Assembly (NCBI GenBank): GCA_002269645.1
Contig: NIVC01000768.1
Coordinates: 62,001-126,000 of the forward strand
Length of the DNA stretch: 64,000 nucleotides
Direction of reading: 5' to 3'
Origin: Macrostomum lignano
Lineage: Eukaryota
A program made the translations under genes and the position numbers. Under the pieces are notes generated by a model. The model had not been told where the DNA came from. It saw only the letters and a list, made by a program, of their open reading frames with translations, and did not search any database. Positions 18,542-30,347 of this stretch are shown here, piece by piece. Every line of letters begins with the position of its first letter. Position 1 is the stretch's first letter.

Positions 18542-21500
18542 CTAGGACTCTGAGCTTGCCAACGTGTTGCATTTCAACAGGTAGTGCATAGCGGAATCGC
18601 TGAGCGACAATTTGAGTTTACGATCAACTAATCGAACAAGCGAACGCCTGTTGAAGCCAGCGGATGGGGCCAGGCAGCGGGCGAACTCAGCCCGGTCCAA
18701 GGACTCCTGACGGCCGAACGGGCGACAGCTGGGCAGCGGCTGGCGAAGGTCTCGGAGTAGACGACCGAGACCTGGCCGCGGCTCTATCAGTGGCAGTTGG
18801 TTGCTAGGTAACTTAGCTGATCCTCCTCCTGACAGCGACTGGCCAATCTGGTTGCTAGGCAACTCGGCTGATCCTCCTCCTGACAGCGACTGGCCAATCT
18901 GGTTGCTAGGCAACTCGGCTGATCCTCCTCCTGACAGCGACTGGCCAATCTGGTTGCTAGGCAACTCGGCTGATCCTCCTCCTGACAGCGACTGGCCAAT
19001 CTGGTTGCTAGGCAACTCGGCTGATCCTCCTCCTGACAGCGACTGGCCAGTCTGGTTGCTAGGCAACTCGGCTGATCCTCCTCCTGACAGCGACTGGCCA
19101 GTCTGGTTGCTAGGCAACTCGGCTGATCCTCCTCCTGACAGCGACTGGCCAATCTGGTTGCTAGGTAAAGAAAGCCGAGCTAACAGGCTGAGCCCCGACG
19201 ACGCCAACTGATCAGCCGCCTCGGCGCATCGGCGACGACGTCTACGCAGCCAGTCGGCGAAGGCGAGGACGTCGGCAGATTGCGAAATCGTATTCAGCGT
19301 AGAAGCAGCAGAATTAGTTCCTCCTAGAAGCAGCAGTGCAGCATCAATAGGCGCCGGCGGTACCGCAATCGACAATCGACAATCACCGGCGCCAGATTCC
19401 GGCAATACAAAGTGCACCAGGTTCAACAGTTGGCGAATGTCGCCACGGCAGGCGTTGACCAGTTCGATTGCCGCGTCGGCCGACAATCGACAGCCAAGAG
19501 CCAGGCAGACCACGCGAGCGTAGGCCGCCACGAGAGGTCGACTGGGCCGGCGTAGCTTAAAAATCGGCGCCGCGTCGGTCAGGCCGAGACCGCGTCGTAG
19601 CGACTCGGCGTCGGCGGCGGCCAACAGCAGCGGCTTGCGACTGGATGCGCAGACGCCGGACACTAGGCGACGCAACGATGGCTCGTCGTCCAACGGTTGA
19701 TCGGCATCGTCTAGCAAGATTAGCCAGGAGCTGCTGACGGATAGGGCCTGCGGATTTGTGAATGAGTTGGTTGGCGCTTTCGCAAATTAAAGCACGCACA
19801 CGTGTGGGCACATCAGGAATCGAACCCGGGACTTTTAACAGCCTAATCCAAGATACGTTTGCCAAATTAATGGAGCTTTTGTATATGGTAGCAAGGCTGG
19901 CACAGTAGCATTTAATTTCGTTCATAGCATCACCCATAGATCTTATATTCCCTAAATGCGCCACTGTATTGCAGCAATAGGGAAAGTGCGACCGCTGTTT
20001 TTCGTCACTTGTGCGAAAAAAGCCGACATGGGTTGCTTAAATTTTGAGTTCAGTAGCTTAGGGACGCTATTTTTTGAGAATGTGATAGAACTTTTCATGA
20101 AATAAATAAAAAGCTACTCAATCAAATTAAAAATGATGCATGCACTGTAGAGACTACTGACGAAATTGAGTTCAGTAGCTGATTCTCGCGCTGTCGCGAG
20201 TTGCTTCTTGCTTCTTTCTTTTTTCTTGCATGAAACTTTAGACTTTGAGATTAGGATTTAATTTTTTGCCTCTGTTGACAGGCCCTTCTAGTCGTCAGTT
20301 TTAGATAGAAACTAGCCCAATAAAACACGTTTTAATGGCATTAGCACGTGATGTTTTGCAGGTGTTTCGCAATTTTTTAATAACATCGTTGAGTTTTATG
20401 TAAATGAAACTAGTTTGCTATGATGGCCGCTATAAACATTTTATACAGTTGCTGTATTCGATTTTATTTGACACAAATTGCGTCAATTTGCTTTACAAGC
20501 GCTAATTTGCAGGCGCTCTGCACTGACCCCTCTCAGGCTGCTGCTGCCTGCCACTCCCGCCTGTTCTGCGAGCGCGTTTGTGGAATGGGTCTCCCCTCTG
20601 GGCCTAAACCTAAATAAACTGTAGATACGAGATAGCTCGTATTAACATATAAATAATAAATTATGTATTTATTTAGAATTCCAGTGCCATTTGACAGCCT
20701 GGGTCTGAGTTCAGGATGTCAAAATTAAAGTTAATGTGCAGACTTGCCATCAGCGCCAGTAGTGAGACGATGTTGCCCGCAAATAGTGTGCCTAAAACCT
20801 TCCTGCGAATATTTTTATACAGTAAATTCACTCAATAGGCCATGAACCGCAAGCTTACAGGTGCGCTATCGAGCGAATCAGTCTCATCTTCAGCGTCCGA
20901 ATCGTTGCGATGACGCCGCTTTCGCTCCACCTGACAACACGTGGCCGCCTGGTGCAGCCGCTGCGCCAGCTTAGCCCCGTGTCGCCGCTCCTCGGCGCCA
21001 ATTTCAAAAACGCGCAAGCCATGCTGACGCGCAATCGCCCGGGCTACGCAGCTCCGGCCGGGGCCTTCAATTAGCGCCACGCGATTCGAGCAACTACTAT
21101 TCGAAACTGCAGCTGAAGCCAGCCAATCTGACAAATTTCTCACAGCTTCAGCGTTGCCAAGCACGCCAGCTGCGCAGCGAGGCGCCAAAAGTTCGTCAAG
21201 AGAGCGACGGGAGCAAGGTAGCCCTCTATTGTTATTAGCATTAGTATTAGCAATAGCCGCACGCAGCTCGGTCAGGTAGCGACCAGCTGGGAAACCTGGC
21301 TGCAATGCGCGCACATTGGCCAACTCAGCGGCTGTATTGAAATGTTCGCCAACAATTGGCGGGCGGTCCAACCGGAACTGGACAACAGCAGCGGCGGAGT
21401 CAATCAAGCTAGCCGAGTTCCCTCGATCGCCATAGTTATAAAGTACACTGCCAGTAGTACAGTCAGCAGTGCACACGCAAACTAAACAGTTGTCACTGAA

Positions 21501-21824
21501 CAGCGATGCTGGAGCTTGCCAGCCAACGTGGATGCACCAAGCGGGCGGGAAAGGCCAACAGAATCTGGAAGCAGAAACTCCCTTATCCGAGTCCTTCTCA
21601 TTAGCTGGCCCAGGCTGACAAAAGTCAGCAGCAAGGAATGCTTGACGACGCACCAGTGGCGCGGAGGATAGCAGCTTTCTACCTTCGCTTTGCTCATTAT
21701 CATTACAATTTTCAACAATAAAGCAGGACGATTCGAGCGCACTGGGTGCCGATTTTGCTGGCAGAAAATAGTCGGCTATGCGACGACTGCAGGCGGCTGA
21801 GGAACGTCGCTGCTGCTTTGGCAT
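18542..21824 (-). CDS. ATAD5: ATAD5/ELG1-like RFC large subunit (PCNA unloader), divergent and short (~723 aa), 2 exons
   Basis: Exons 21824..20859 (CCT|GTAAGC) and 19747..18542 (CCGCAG|GCC), phase 0. The AAA+ clamp-loader region ELLAPRCAAGVLGNAEAVRNLSDWL...VALIEGPGRS..RAIARQHGLRVFEIGAEERRHGAKLAQRLHQAATCCQV resembles ATAD5 (FEVNASSQRSG..LKEATQSHQV). Also Walker-B-like LILLDDAD, SSRKPLLL and CRGDIRQLLNLVHF. Confidence 0.75.
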
Positions 21825-22700
21825 GCGGAGGCTTCAACCTTAATAGTGATATTGGCTGGCTGAAAGAAACAATACAGTCAGCTGGGGAATTTTAGTCAAT
21901 AAGTCCTCTTGTCTTGGTTTTGTGGCTTTTTTGTCTAGATATAAGCCTGCTAAGTTAGTAGGAATAGTGCTAAGTTGCCTATGCCTTTTTGGCATGATAT
22001 TTAAACTAAGCAGAAATTGTATATATATTCTATTTGTGTAAAAAATTCTATTTGCTTTGTTAGAAAACCTACAGATTGTTTTTTGAAAATTGACATTTTG
22101 TCTACCATAATCACTGCTAATATTTAGCTGGACCAGTTTTAGAGCATGTCAAAATATGCTATAGATAAGATGACATATGTTCTTACTAGTATAAATATCA
22201 AGTATTAATCAAGTGAGATAAAACAATGATGTTTTTTATAAAAGTATTAAATTGTTTGCTTGTTGTCTGTCTTTATTTAGACTCATTTGCACTGTATTAT
22301 AGTTCCAAGGCAGATACATAGCTTGTACTCGTATCTCCCTTCTAAGAATTTCTAGACTTCTATTATTTTTTAGATAATCAATTAAGCATATTTATATAAT
22401 ACATATACTTGTGATGGGCTTCATCTCTATTTCTTAGAAAATAGTATTTCTAAATTTCTGCCTATTCTGTTATATTGTACAAATATTAAAAATAGTTTGT
22501 ATATTCTATATATTATTGTCAGATTCTTGTTTCAAACAATAAGGAAATAAGGAAATTTTTAGTACAAATAGGAACAAGATAAAACCAAATTAAATAAACT
22601 CACTTTTTGATCCTATTTTCTCCTCTTAATTATTCAAGCTATTCTAATATTTTTCCAGCTATTCTATTTGGAGATAAAATTGATAATAAGCCTTAGGGCT

Positions 22701-23749
22701 CCCGTTGGAAAAGTTATGCACCTGCAGAGGCACAAAAGAGGCACTTTGGTGGCCTATTTCGTGTGTGTTTTAGAAATGCACCTGAGTGCACCTTTTATGC
22801 CTAAATGTCACCAATATTTTTGAAAAGAGGCATGAAAGGTGTAAAATTGGTGAAGTGGTCAGGCAGTAAGTGAATTCTTAATTTTGATTGGCTGCGGCAG
22901 TAGGGGCAGTAAAGGTGCTGAAGGGGCGCAGAAAGTGCACAAAAGGTGAATCAGAGGTGCATAAGGTGTACATGTTGCGGCATAAATATATATACAGGTG
23001 CATTTCCAAAACACGCTTGAAATAGACCCCAAAAGTGCCTCTTCTGTGCACCTCGCTCACCTTTCATGCCTATGCACGAATTAACGCATTAATAATCAGT
23101 AACAAAAAATTAACTGAGAGTTACATACTCATATATTGCACGCACAGATTGAACATAGAAAAGCTTTTTTACACCTATACTAATTGCTGCTATCCCCTTC
23201 CTAATCCTGACAAACCACAAAAGTAAACATTTCCTGTACTGGTAAGTTGTAATAACTTTCAAATCTCAGGAAAAGTTCCGAAAAGTGATGAAAAGCTTTG
23301 AATCTGTTTAAAGAATAGTAAGGAAAAGTAGCAAAGAATTTTCGCAAGTTGGAATGCCCCTTGCATTGCCTCTATACCTAAAGTGCCCACTGTGCACCAT
23401 TTGTTCACCTTTTGTGCCTCCAGTGCACACTGTACACTTTTTATGCACCTCCACCACAGCGCACCTTTTTTCACCTTTCACTCCACCAATGCCCCCAATT
23501 CCTACTTTGTTCACCTTTTGTGCCTCCAATACACACTGTGCACCTTTAATACACCGAACTCCCCTATGACACCTGTGTCCCTACCACCTATTTTGTGCCT
23601 TATATTCACCTTCTGACCCTGCAGAGGCACTCAGGTGAACACGCGGTGCACAAGTGACACAAAATAGGCATAAAAGAGGCGAAAGTGAGGCAGAAGGTGT
23701 AAAACTCTTCACCTTTCATGCCTACTTTAAAAACTCAAAATCCAACGGG
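22701..23749. mobile_element. Non-autonomous DNA transposon, 9-bp TIR CCCGTTGGA, 3-bp TSD GCT (CMC/EnSpm-like, tentative)
   Basis: CCCGTTGGA at 22701 and TCCAACGGG ending 23749, each flanked by GCT; the interior is rich in GCACC/GGTGC motifs. Confidence 0.65.
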
Positions 23750-25432
23750 GCTAGCATTTACTTCTATGTTAATTACTTCGAGTAGCAGACAGTAGCATTG
23801 GAATAATTGCCCAAAGATTGAGAGAATAAACTATTTAGAATGAGACCTCTAAATTTAGAATCTAAGAAATTGCCTTAATAGCAGAATATCTACAATAGGT
23901 AAGATTATGTAAGAATAATTAGATTAAAAATCTAAGAACCTAATTCAAGGCAGAAAATCTACCAAAGTATAAGCTATAACCCATTGGTCCTAGTAACACC
24001 CAGACTAAGAAAAATCCTCTATTGGAACAGACATTATCTAAAAAAGATAAGTATAGTGTTATAAGATTGCTTAAGCCAATAGTATATAATATACCATCAA
24101 CTTTATGATACATTACTAATATATAATATAGTATTAGCATGACCAAGATAGCCATATACCAGGATGACCATAGCTTTAAATTTGATATCAATAAGAATAG
24201 ATTTAAAACTAATAAATATACTTGTAGATGACTCCATGTTAAACTTTTTAAATAGTATCATTATTGAAAAAAATTGAAACTAATTAGTAGGGCATGCAAA
24301 AACTAAAAAATATTGAAATATTAGGCCTTAAAAATAATTTATTTCAAATATATTATTGGATAGACCTAGTATTTAGAGTTGGTTAAAATATAGGGGCCTA
24401 CTTGATAATGATATTACAATAGACTATAATTTGCAAATCAATAGTAGATAAAATGGATGCCCATCAAAATGGCCACACGCGGAACAGCCATACGACAAAA
24501 CGGCCACACCGTCAAAATGGCCACATGACAAAACGGCCACATAAAACAAAAAGGGTTGCAGATTGACTTTGTTCTATTTGTTATGTTATGTTGTTATGTT
24601 CTATTTGTTATTTTTAGCTTTGGTACTTGCATCAGCATCAAAATGCAAAAGAAGTGAATGCACTTCTTTTTCATTTTGATTCTTTCTTTTTCATAAGTGA
24701 AGTGAATATATTGTGAAATTTATGTAGGCCGAAAAGGATCCAAAAGCAAAGACGAAATAGCAACTCACCTTTCAGACAAAGTCGATGGTGCTATCTGCTG
24801 CAGCGATTGCAGCACAATGCATGCTGGCGAGGTCTGACTCTAAGTAAACACTTTGGACAACTGTCGTCCATTGTTAAAAATGAAAAATGAAATGAAAAAT
24901 TTCGCATCAGAGATAACTACTAACTGCCATAAGATATTTTGCACTGTTGTTAAATTGTTATTTGAGTAAAGGTGGATGGTTGCAGCTCCTCTCTCTGCAA
25001 CCATCCACCTTTATTCTTAATTGACTAATGCCTTGGCCCCCATGTATGCCACCCCCCCCCCGATTGTTCATCATTTATCTTTCTACTTAAATGTGCATTC
25101 AACCCTCTACTTCTCTTATCTCATATTATTACAAATTATTACATCGTGTGGCCCAGGGTTTTTTTTTGTGCGCAGAGTGTGCGTATGCACCCTAAATTTT
25201 AAAATCGCACCCTGAAATTAAAAAAGTAGGTGCGGTTTAGGTGCGGTCTTATAACCATTTTTCTTTAAAGGCTTAACCATGCTTAAGCTATTTTTTATGC
25301 ACTGCCTTAAAATATGAAACAAAATAACTCTTTAAGTTTAAATCCTATTAAGTCATATAGGCGATATAGCCTATAGCTATAGCCTTATGTAAGATATTAA
25401 AATATACATTCCTAGTTGTCTGAAATGTGAGC

Positions 25433-27920
25433 AATGTGAGGGTTTCACGAGAGATATTCAGACAAAGGCTCCCTAAAACACACCCCGCACCGGGCCCCGA
25501 ACTGCTACACATTATAACATTTTTTGTCAATGCAGTATTTGATTGCAAGGAAAAGTTAAAATAGTAATGGAATAAATATCTTTATTTATTTTTTTAAATA
25601 TTATTATTTTTTATATTCTCGTTTTCATTATTAAATTATAATATTATTATTTTATTAATATTATTATTAATATCACTTATTGTTCACCGAATTTTATATT
25701 TCAAAGTAAAAAAACTAAATTTAATAAAAACTTGAAGCTTAACAGAAAACGCATTCTGAAGTGTCTTTAGTTATAGTCCAATTTGTTTTAATGTGTAGCG
25801 CTGCAGGGCGGTGTGGGGCGTGTTTTAGGGAGACCCATTCAGACAGACATTCAAAATGATTGTCTGTAACTTCAAACAAAATTGACCCGCTTCAACCATC
25901 TTTTTGGCAAATACTTACGCAAGTGTTGGGCGTCAAATAAGCTTTAATTTATTAACTGAAGTAAAAATCCTTCTGACATACATTGATTTAAAAATTGCTT
26001 AGCAACACTAGCTCTGATTAGAAATCGCTTTACTGTTGACTAAAATTGTTTTGATCGTAGCAGCCTAAAAGCAGATACTGGATTTAAAAATGCTTCGATT
26101 TACTCTATACGCATGTCTCAGCTTTAAAATGACACCTCAGGCGTCGCAAAAGACAGCTTTGATGCTGAGATATTCGACACTAAACATGCATTGCTTTGCG
26201 CAATCTCACATTCAGAAATTTCACTGATTTTTTGTCGATATTTGTGCAGTTGCCATGTCCTTGTTTTTCATCAGAATCTTGTCAAATTCTAGTCATGTCT
26301 ATACGCATGTCTCAGCTTTAAAATGACACCTCAGGCATTGCAAAAGACAGCTTTGATGCTGAGATATTCGACACTAAACATTGCTTTGCTCAAACTCACA
26401 TTCGGAAACTTCACTGATTTTTATTCAATATTTGTTCAGATGCTTGTCTACTTCTCCATTTATTAACCATCGCATGGAGCCTTGCTAACGTACAAGTGTA
26501 TGTAGTTACAGTAAATGGGGTTTTTGTGACTCACTTAAACTTGTTTACGCATTCTGCAGCTATTCGCCGCCTTTCATTAGAGTGATTCATGGAGTCCAGT
26601 TGATAAATTTCCACAAATTGGACTGCTTCTACATCAGATCTCAACATTTGGAACTGTCCTTGAACTATTTCAGAGTTAAGTGAGCTAATGGCATCAAATG
26701 GAAGGCTAGTGCTCGTACTTGTAAGCGAAGCAGGTTCACAATTGAAATGGTTGTATTCATGGCCATGGGATCTAAACTGATCTGTTTTACTTTCACGATC
26801 GATTTGGTCTCAGAAGGAGCAGCAGTTGATGGACTGAGGTGAGAAGAAGATGTGTCACGATTTGAGCTGTTTTTAGAAAATATCTTTATCTAATTAAATA
26901 TTTTCATGCGGCTCCTTAGGTTGTTCCGAATTCCGAGTCTAGAAGTCAAGACAGAAAAAAAGTTAAGAACTGCTACTGTAGTCCGTAGGGATTGGAAAGC
27001 TTAGCAGTACATTAGAAATCACCTGTTCAATCTAAAAAGTTTGAAGTACATATAGCTATTGGGTTGCAACAACAGTAGAAAAAATTCTTCCTTTTTATTT
27101 TATTCCCACCGCTTACCTCATTCCGATTTGGATAGCAGAATTGCCACGCAAAAAAAGTAAAAACATAACAATAAACTATTTGCTTCATATTAATTGCCAC
27201 TGACTGCTAATAAACGCGACGTCAATTTCTCTCAATAACAGTTGGAACATGTTTCTCGTACACTTGTATATTTATTTGAACCGCAAAGCGGTGAAAAAGT
27301 CATGATTGGTTGCCATATGTACAAATGTACACTCACAGACTCACTGACTCAGGTACAATCTATGCAATATAAAGGCAGGAATCATTAAAAATCAAATACT
27401 TAAGACAGTTTAAGAGAAGTCCAGGTTTAAACTGGACATGACTAGAATTTGACAAGTTTCTGATGAAAAACAAGGACACGGCAGCTGCACAAATATCGAC
27501 AAAAAATCAGTGAAATTTCTGAATGTGAGATTGCGCAAAGCAATGCATGTTTAGTGTCGAATATCTCAGCATCAAAGCTGTCTTTTGCGACGCCTGAGGT
27601 GTCATTTTAAAGCTGAGACATGCGTATAGAGTAAATTGAAGCATTTTTAAATCCAGTATCTGCTTTTAGGCTGCTACGATCAAAACAATTTTAGTCAACA
27701 GTAAAGCGATTTCTAATCAGAGCTAGTGTTGCTAAGCAATTTTTAAATCAATGTATGTCAGAAGGATTTTTACTTCAGTTAATAAATTAAAGCTTATTCG
27801 ACGCCCAACACTTGCGTAAGTATTTGCCAAAAAGATGGTTGAAGTGGGTCAATTTTGTTTAAAGTTAAAGACAATCGTTTTGAATGTCTGTCTGAATATC
27901 TCTTGTGAAACCCTCACATT
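25433..27920. mobile_element. Long-TIR (foldback-like) element with ~490-bp inverted arms
   Basis: 25433-26300 (minus the inserted MITE) is the near-exact reverse complement of ~27435-27920. No TSD was resolved. Confidence 0.75.
25465..25836. mobile_element. Mutator-type MITE copy 1 (TIR GGGTCTCCCTAAAACACGCCCCGC)
   Basis: TIRs plus a perfect 9-bp TSD ATTCAGACA (25456-25464, 25837-25845). Confidence 0.85.
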
Positions 27921-28901
27921 CTAAATAAGACTCAAGAGAAATTGCACTCTGAGCCTTAAAATCGCACCTTGAAATTTGGCACAAGGTGCGATTTCGCACC
28001 TTATCTCTGGCGAAAAAAAAACCCAGGTGTGGCCGTTTGTCGTGTGGCCATTTTGTTGGCACCCCGATAGAATAGACAGAAGAAGAGATTAAATGTTGTA
28101 GCCATTTTGATATATGGCCATCTTGGTCTTAGTCTTATACCTTAGTATCCTAGCTAATATTTGCATTATAGGCTAATCCAAATTCAATCAAATAATATAA
28201 AAATGTTTTTATTTCATTTATATTAGTTTGGTTTTTTTATATGCAAAAAATGAATAGGCCTAATCTTGTTTTTATTAAAGCTTATAAAATGTAAGATCAT
28301 CAATATAAAGTTATTAAACATATCCAGAAAAAATATTTTCCAATCTATCATATGATATGAACACAAAAATAGGCTTTGGTTATTTTAGGCCCCTTTTTAC
28401 ACTATTTTAAAACCATAGGCATAGGCTAGGCCTAGTAGGCCTATAGACTAGATTAAAATAGGCCACCTACCCTGGGTCCCTGCCCCTGGGACCCTGGCCT
28501 ACAAAGCAACTTGAAAAGCTGCACCTAGCCTAGGATCCTTCAACCTTAGATCTACAATTTATCTTCATTGAAAGTAACACCCTATGTTTTTGTGTGGATG
28601 GATAGGCCTAGAAAGGCGATGGCTAAAATTTGAAAATTGCACTCTGAAATTTAGTAGTTAGTTCTATTTTGTTAGACTAAGGCATATGGTGCGTATTGCA
28701 CCATAATGCCTTCAATAACATTTTATTAGTAGTAGTAAGTTGGTTCAGGCAGTTAGCCTGTTTGGCCAATATAAGTCTATATATTTAATAATTTTCCGAA
28801 AAGTGTGTATTGGGTGATTAATATGATTTTTGTAAATATATAGGATGTTAGGATCGTGTAGTAGTTCTTGTAAGTCATAGGATGACAAATCATTATAAAA
28901 C

Positions 28902-29283
28902 GGGTCTCCCTAAAACACGCCCCGCGCCGCCCCGAACCGCTACACATTATAACAAATTTGGCTAAACTGAAGACATTTCAAAGTGAGTTAGATCTCTGTT
29001 AAGCTTCAAGTTTGTATCGAATTTAGTTTTTTTTACTATGAAATATACAATTCGGTGAATAATAAGTGATATAAATAGTAATATTAGTAAAATAATAATA
29101 CTATAATTTTATAATAGAAACGAGAAAATGAAAAATAATGCTATTATTTACAATGATAATTGAATTTATTTATTCCATTACTCTTACAACAAATACTTTC
29201 CTCTGCAATCAAATACTGCATTGACAAAAAATGTTATAATGTGTAGCGGTCGGGGCGGTGCGGGGCGTGTTTTAGGGAGACCC
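28902..29283. mobile_element. Mutator-type MITE copy 2, inverted relative to copy 1
   Basis: Same TIRs and homologous interior; 9-bp TSD TTATAAAAC / TTTTAAAAC. Confidence 0.85.
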
Positions 29284-29574
29284 TTTTAAAACAATGATGA
29301 ACTTAACAAGTTTTCTTTTAACAAAATATAAATCCACTGGCCCAATGCCTCGATAAAACATGGTCAAATATGAAATATTTAGCTCCATGTAGCCGATTAA
29401 TATTTGCTTTATATAAAAAGAACAACCAAGTTACGGTGTATTGACGTTGTCACCTAAATTACGGTGCATCCAAGTTACGGTACCGCATTAGTTAGCCGCC
29501 AGATTCATAAGCTACGTATGGGGGTTGACTATCATGGGTGTGAATCGCATAAAAAATCCAACCTGAACCAATTC

Positions 29575-29705
29575 TCGTGCACAAACCCCAAATGAATTTG
29601 CCCGCGCACGGAATCGAACCCAAGGACCACTGTATATAGAGTGGTCCTTGATCGAACCAACCGTGTCGTGGCGCGAGAGCAAGACGCGTTTACCGCTGAG
29701 CTGAT
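29575..29705 (-). mobile_element. tRNA-derived SINE head, copy B, interrupted by a 30-bp palindromic insert
   Basis: Reverse strand reads GCTCAGCGGTAAACGCGTCTTGCTCTCGCGCCAC (A-box-like) then GGTTCGAT...GGTTCGATTCC (B-box). Confidence 0.7.
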
Positions 29706-30347
29706 CTTTCTCCTAATTAGGGCCAAGACGAAACGACTACATTTTTGTACTTTTTCACAATTCCAATGAAAGATAAGATGCCAATTCTCTCGCTATTAAT
29801 GCTACAATACTACTTTAATGCAATCTGAAAGATTGAAGGAGACTAAGATGGTACGGGAGCCCAACAATCACTGCCTAAAATTAGTGCGACGCCAATGTGA
29901 CAAATTTTTTAGTTAATCAAAAAGCATAGATACTGAATCTGCAAAATCTTCTAGAGAGCTCGATTTATTACGATAAACGTTATTGCTCGTCAATTTCTTA
30001 GCACAAACAAATTACCCGCCAACAGTTTTTTTGCCATACATTCCGAGACTATATAAAGACTATATAAAATGAGCGATGATATGTGTATAGAAGGACCATC
30101 AAATTTTACTCGTATAATGCACAATTTTTACACACTGCAGTCGTATCGGCCTTTCCGCGGGCGCAGCAATGAGCAATTTAATATTATTTTCCGAAACATT
30201 TCAACAAATTTAGAAACTGATACTATAACAGCACATAATTGAAACGAATTCATTAAAAATGCATTCGAAAGTGACTGACACAAGCAGACAGAAATTTTAT
30301 AATATTTGCTAGAGATAACCGTAATTAGCAGGCTGGCGGCAGTCAAA

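Larger units (their letters stand above)
25154..28026. mobile_element. hAT-like non-autonomous element
   Basis: Termini CAGGGTTTTTTTTT and AAAAAAAAACCCAG, with a perfect 8-bp TSD GTGTGGCC (25146-25153 and 28027-28034). Confidence 0.75.
24455..28065. mobile_element. Mutator-like non-autonomous element, split by nested insertions
   Basis: Imperfect TIRs GGATGCCCATCAAAATGGCCACACG and CGTGTGGCCATTTTGTTGGCACCCC; repeated subterminal AAAAYGGCCAC; flanks GATAAAAT / GATAGAAT (degenerate TSD). Confidence 0.6.

Noticed and set aside
19790-19880. tRNA-like GGGTTCGATTCC on the minus strand in the ATAD5-like intron (similar motif at ~56275)
   Set aside because: No complete cloverleaf can be built; at most a decayed SINE head.
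20500-20610. GC-rich island in the ATAD5-like intron as a cassette exon
   Set aside because: The candidate splice sites give asymmetric phases (0 in, 1 out), and exons 1 and 2 already join in frame.
29575-29705. Functional tRNA gene
   Set aside because: A- and B-box-like motifs are present but there is no acceptor stem, and it matches the SINE heads at 6964 and 37401.
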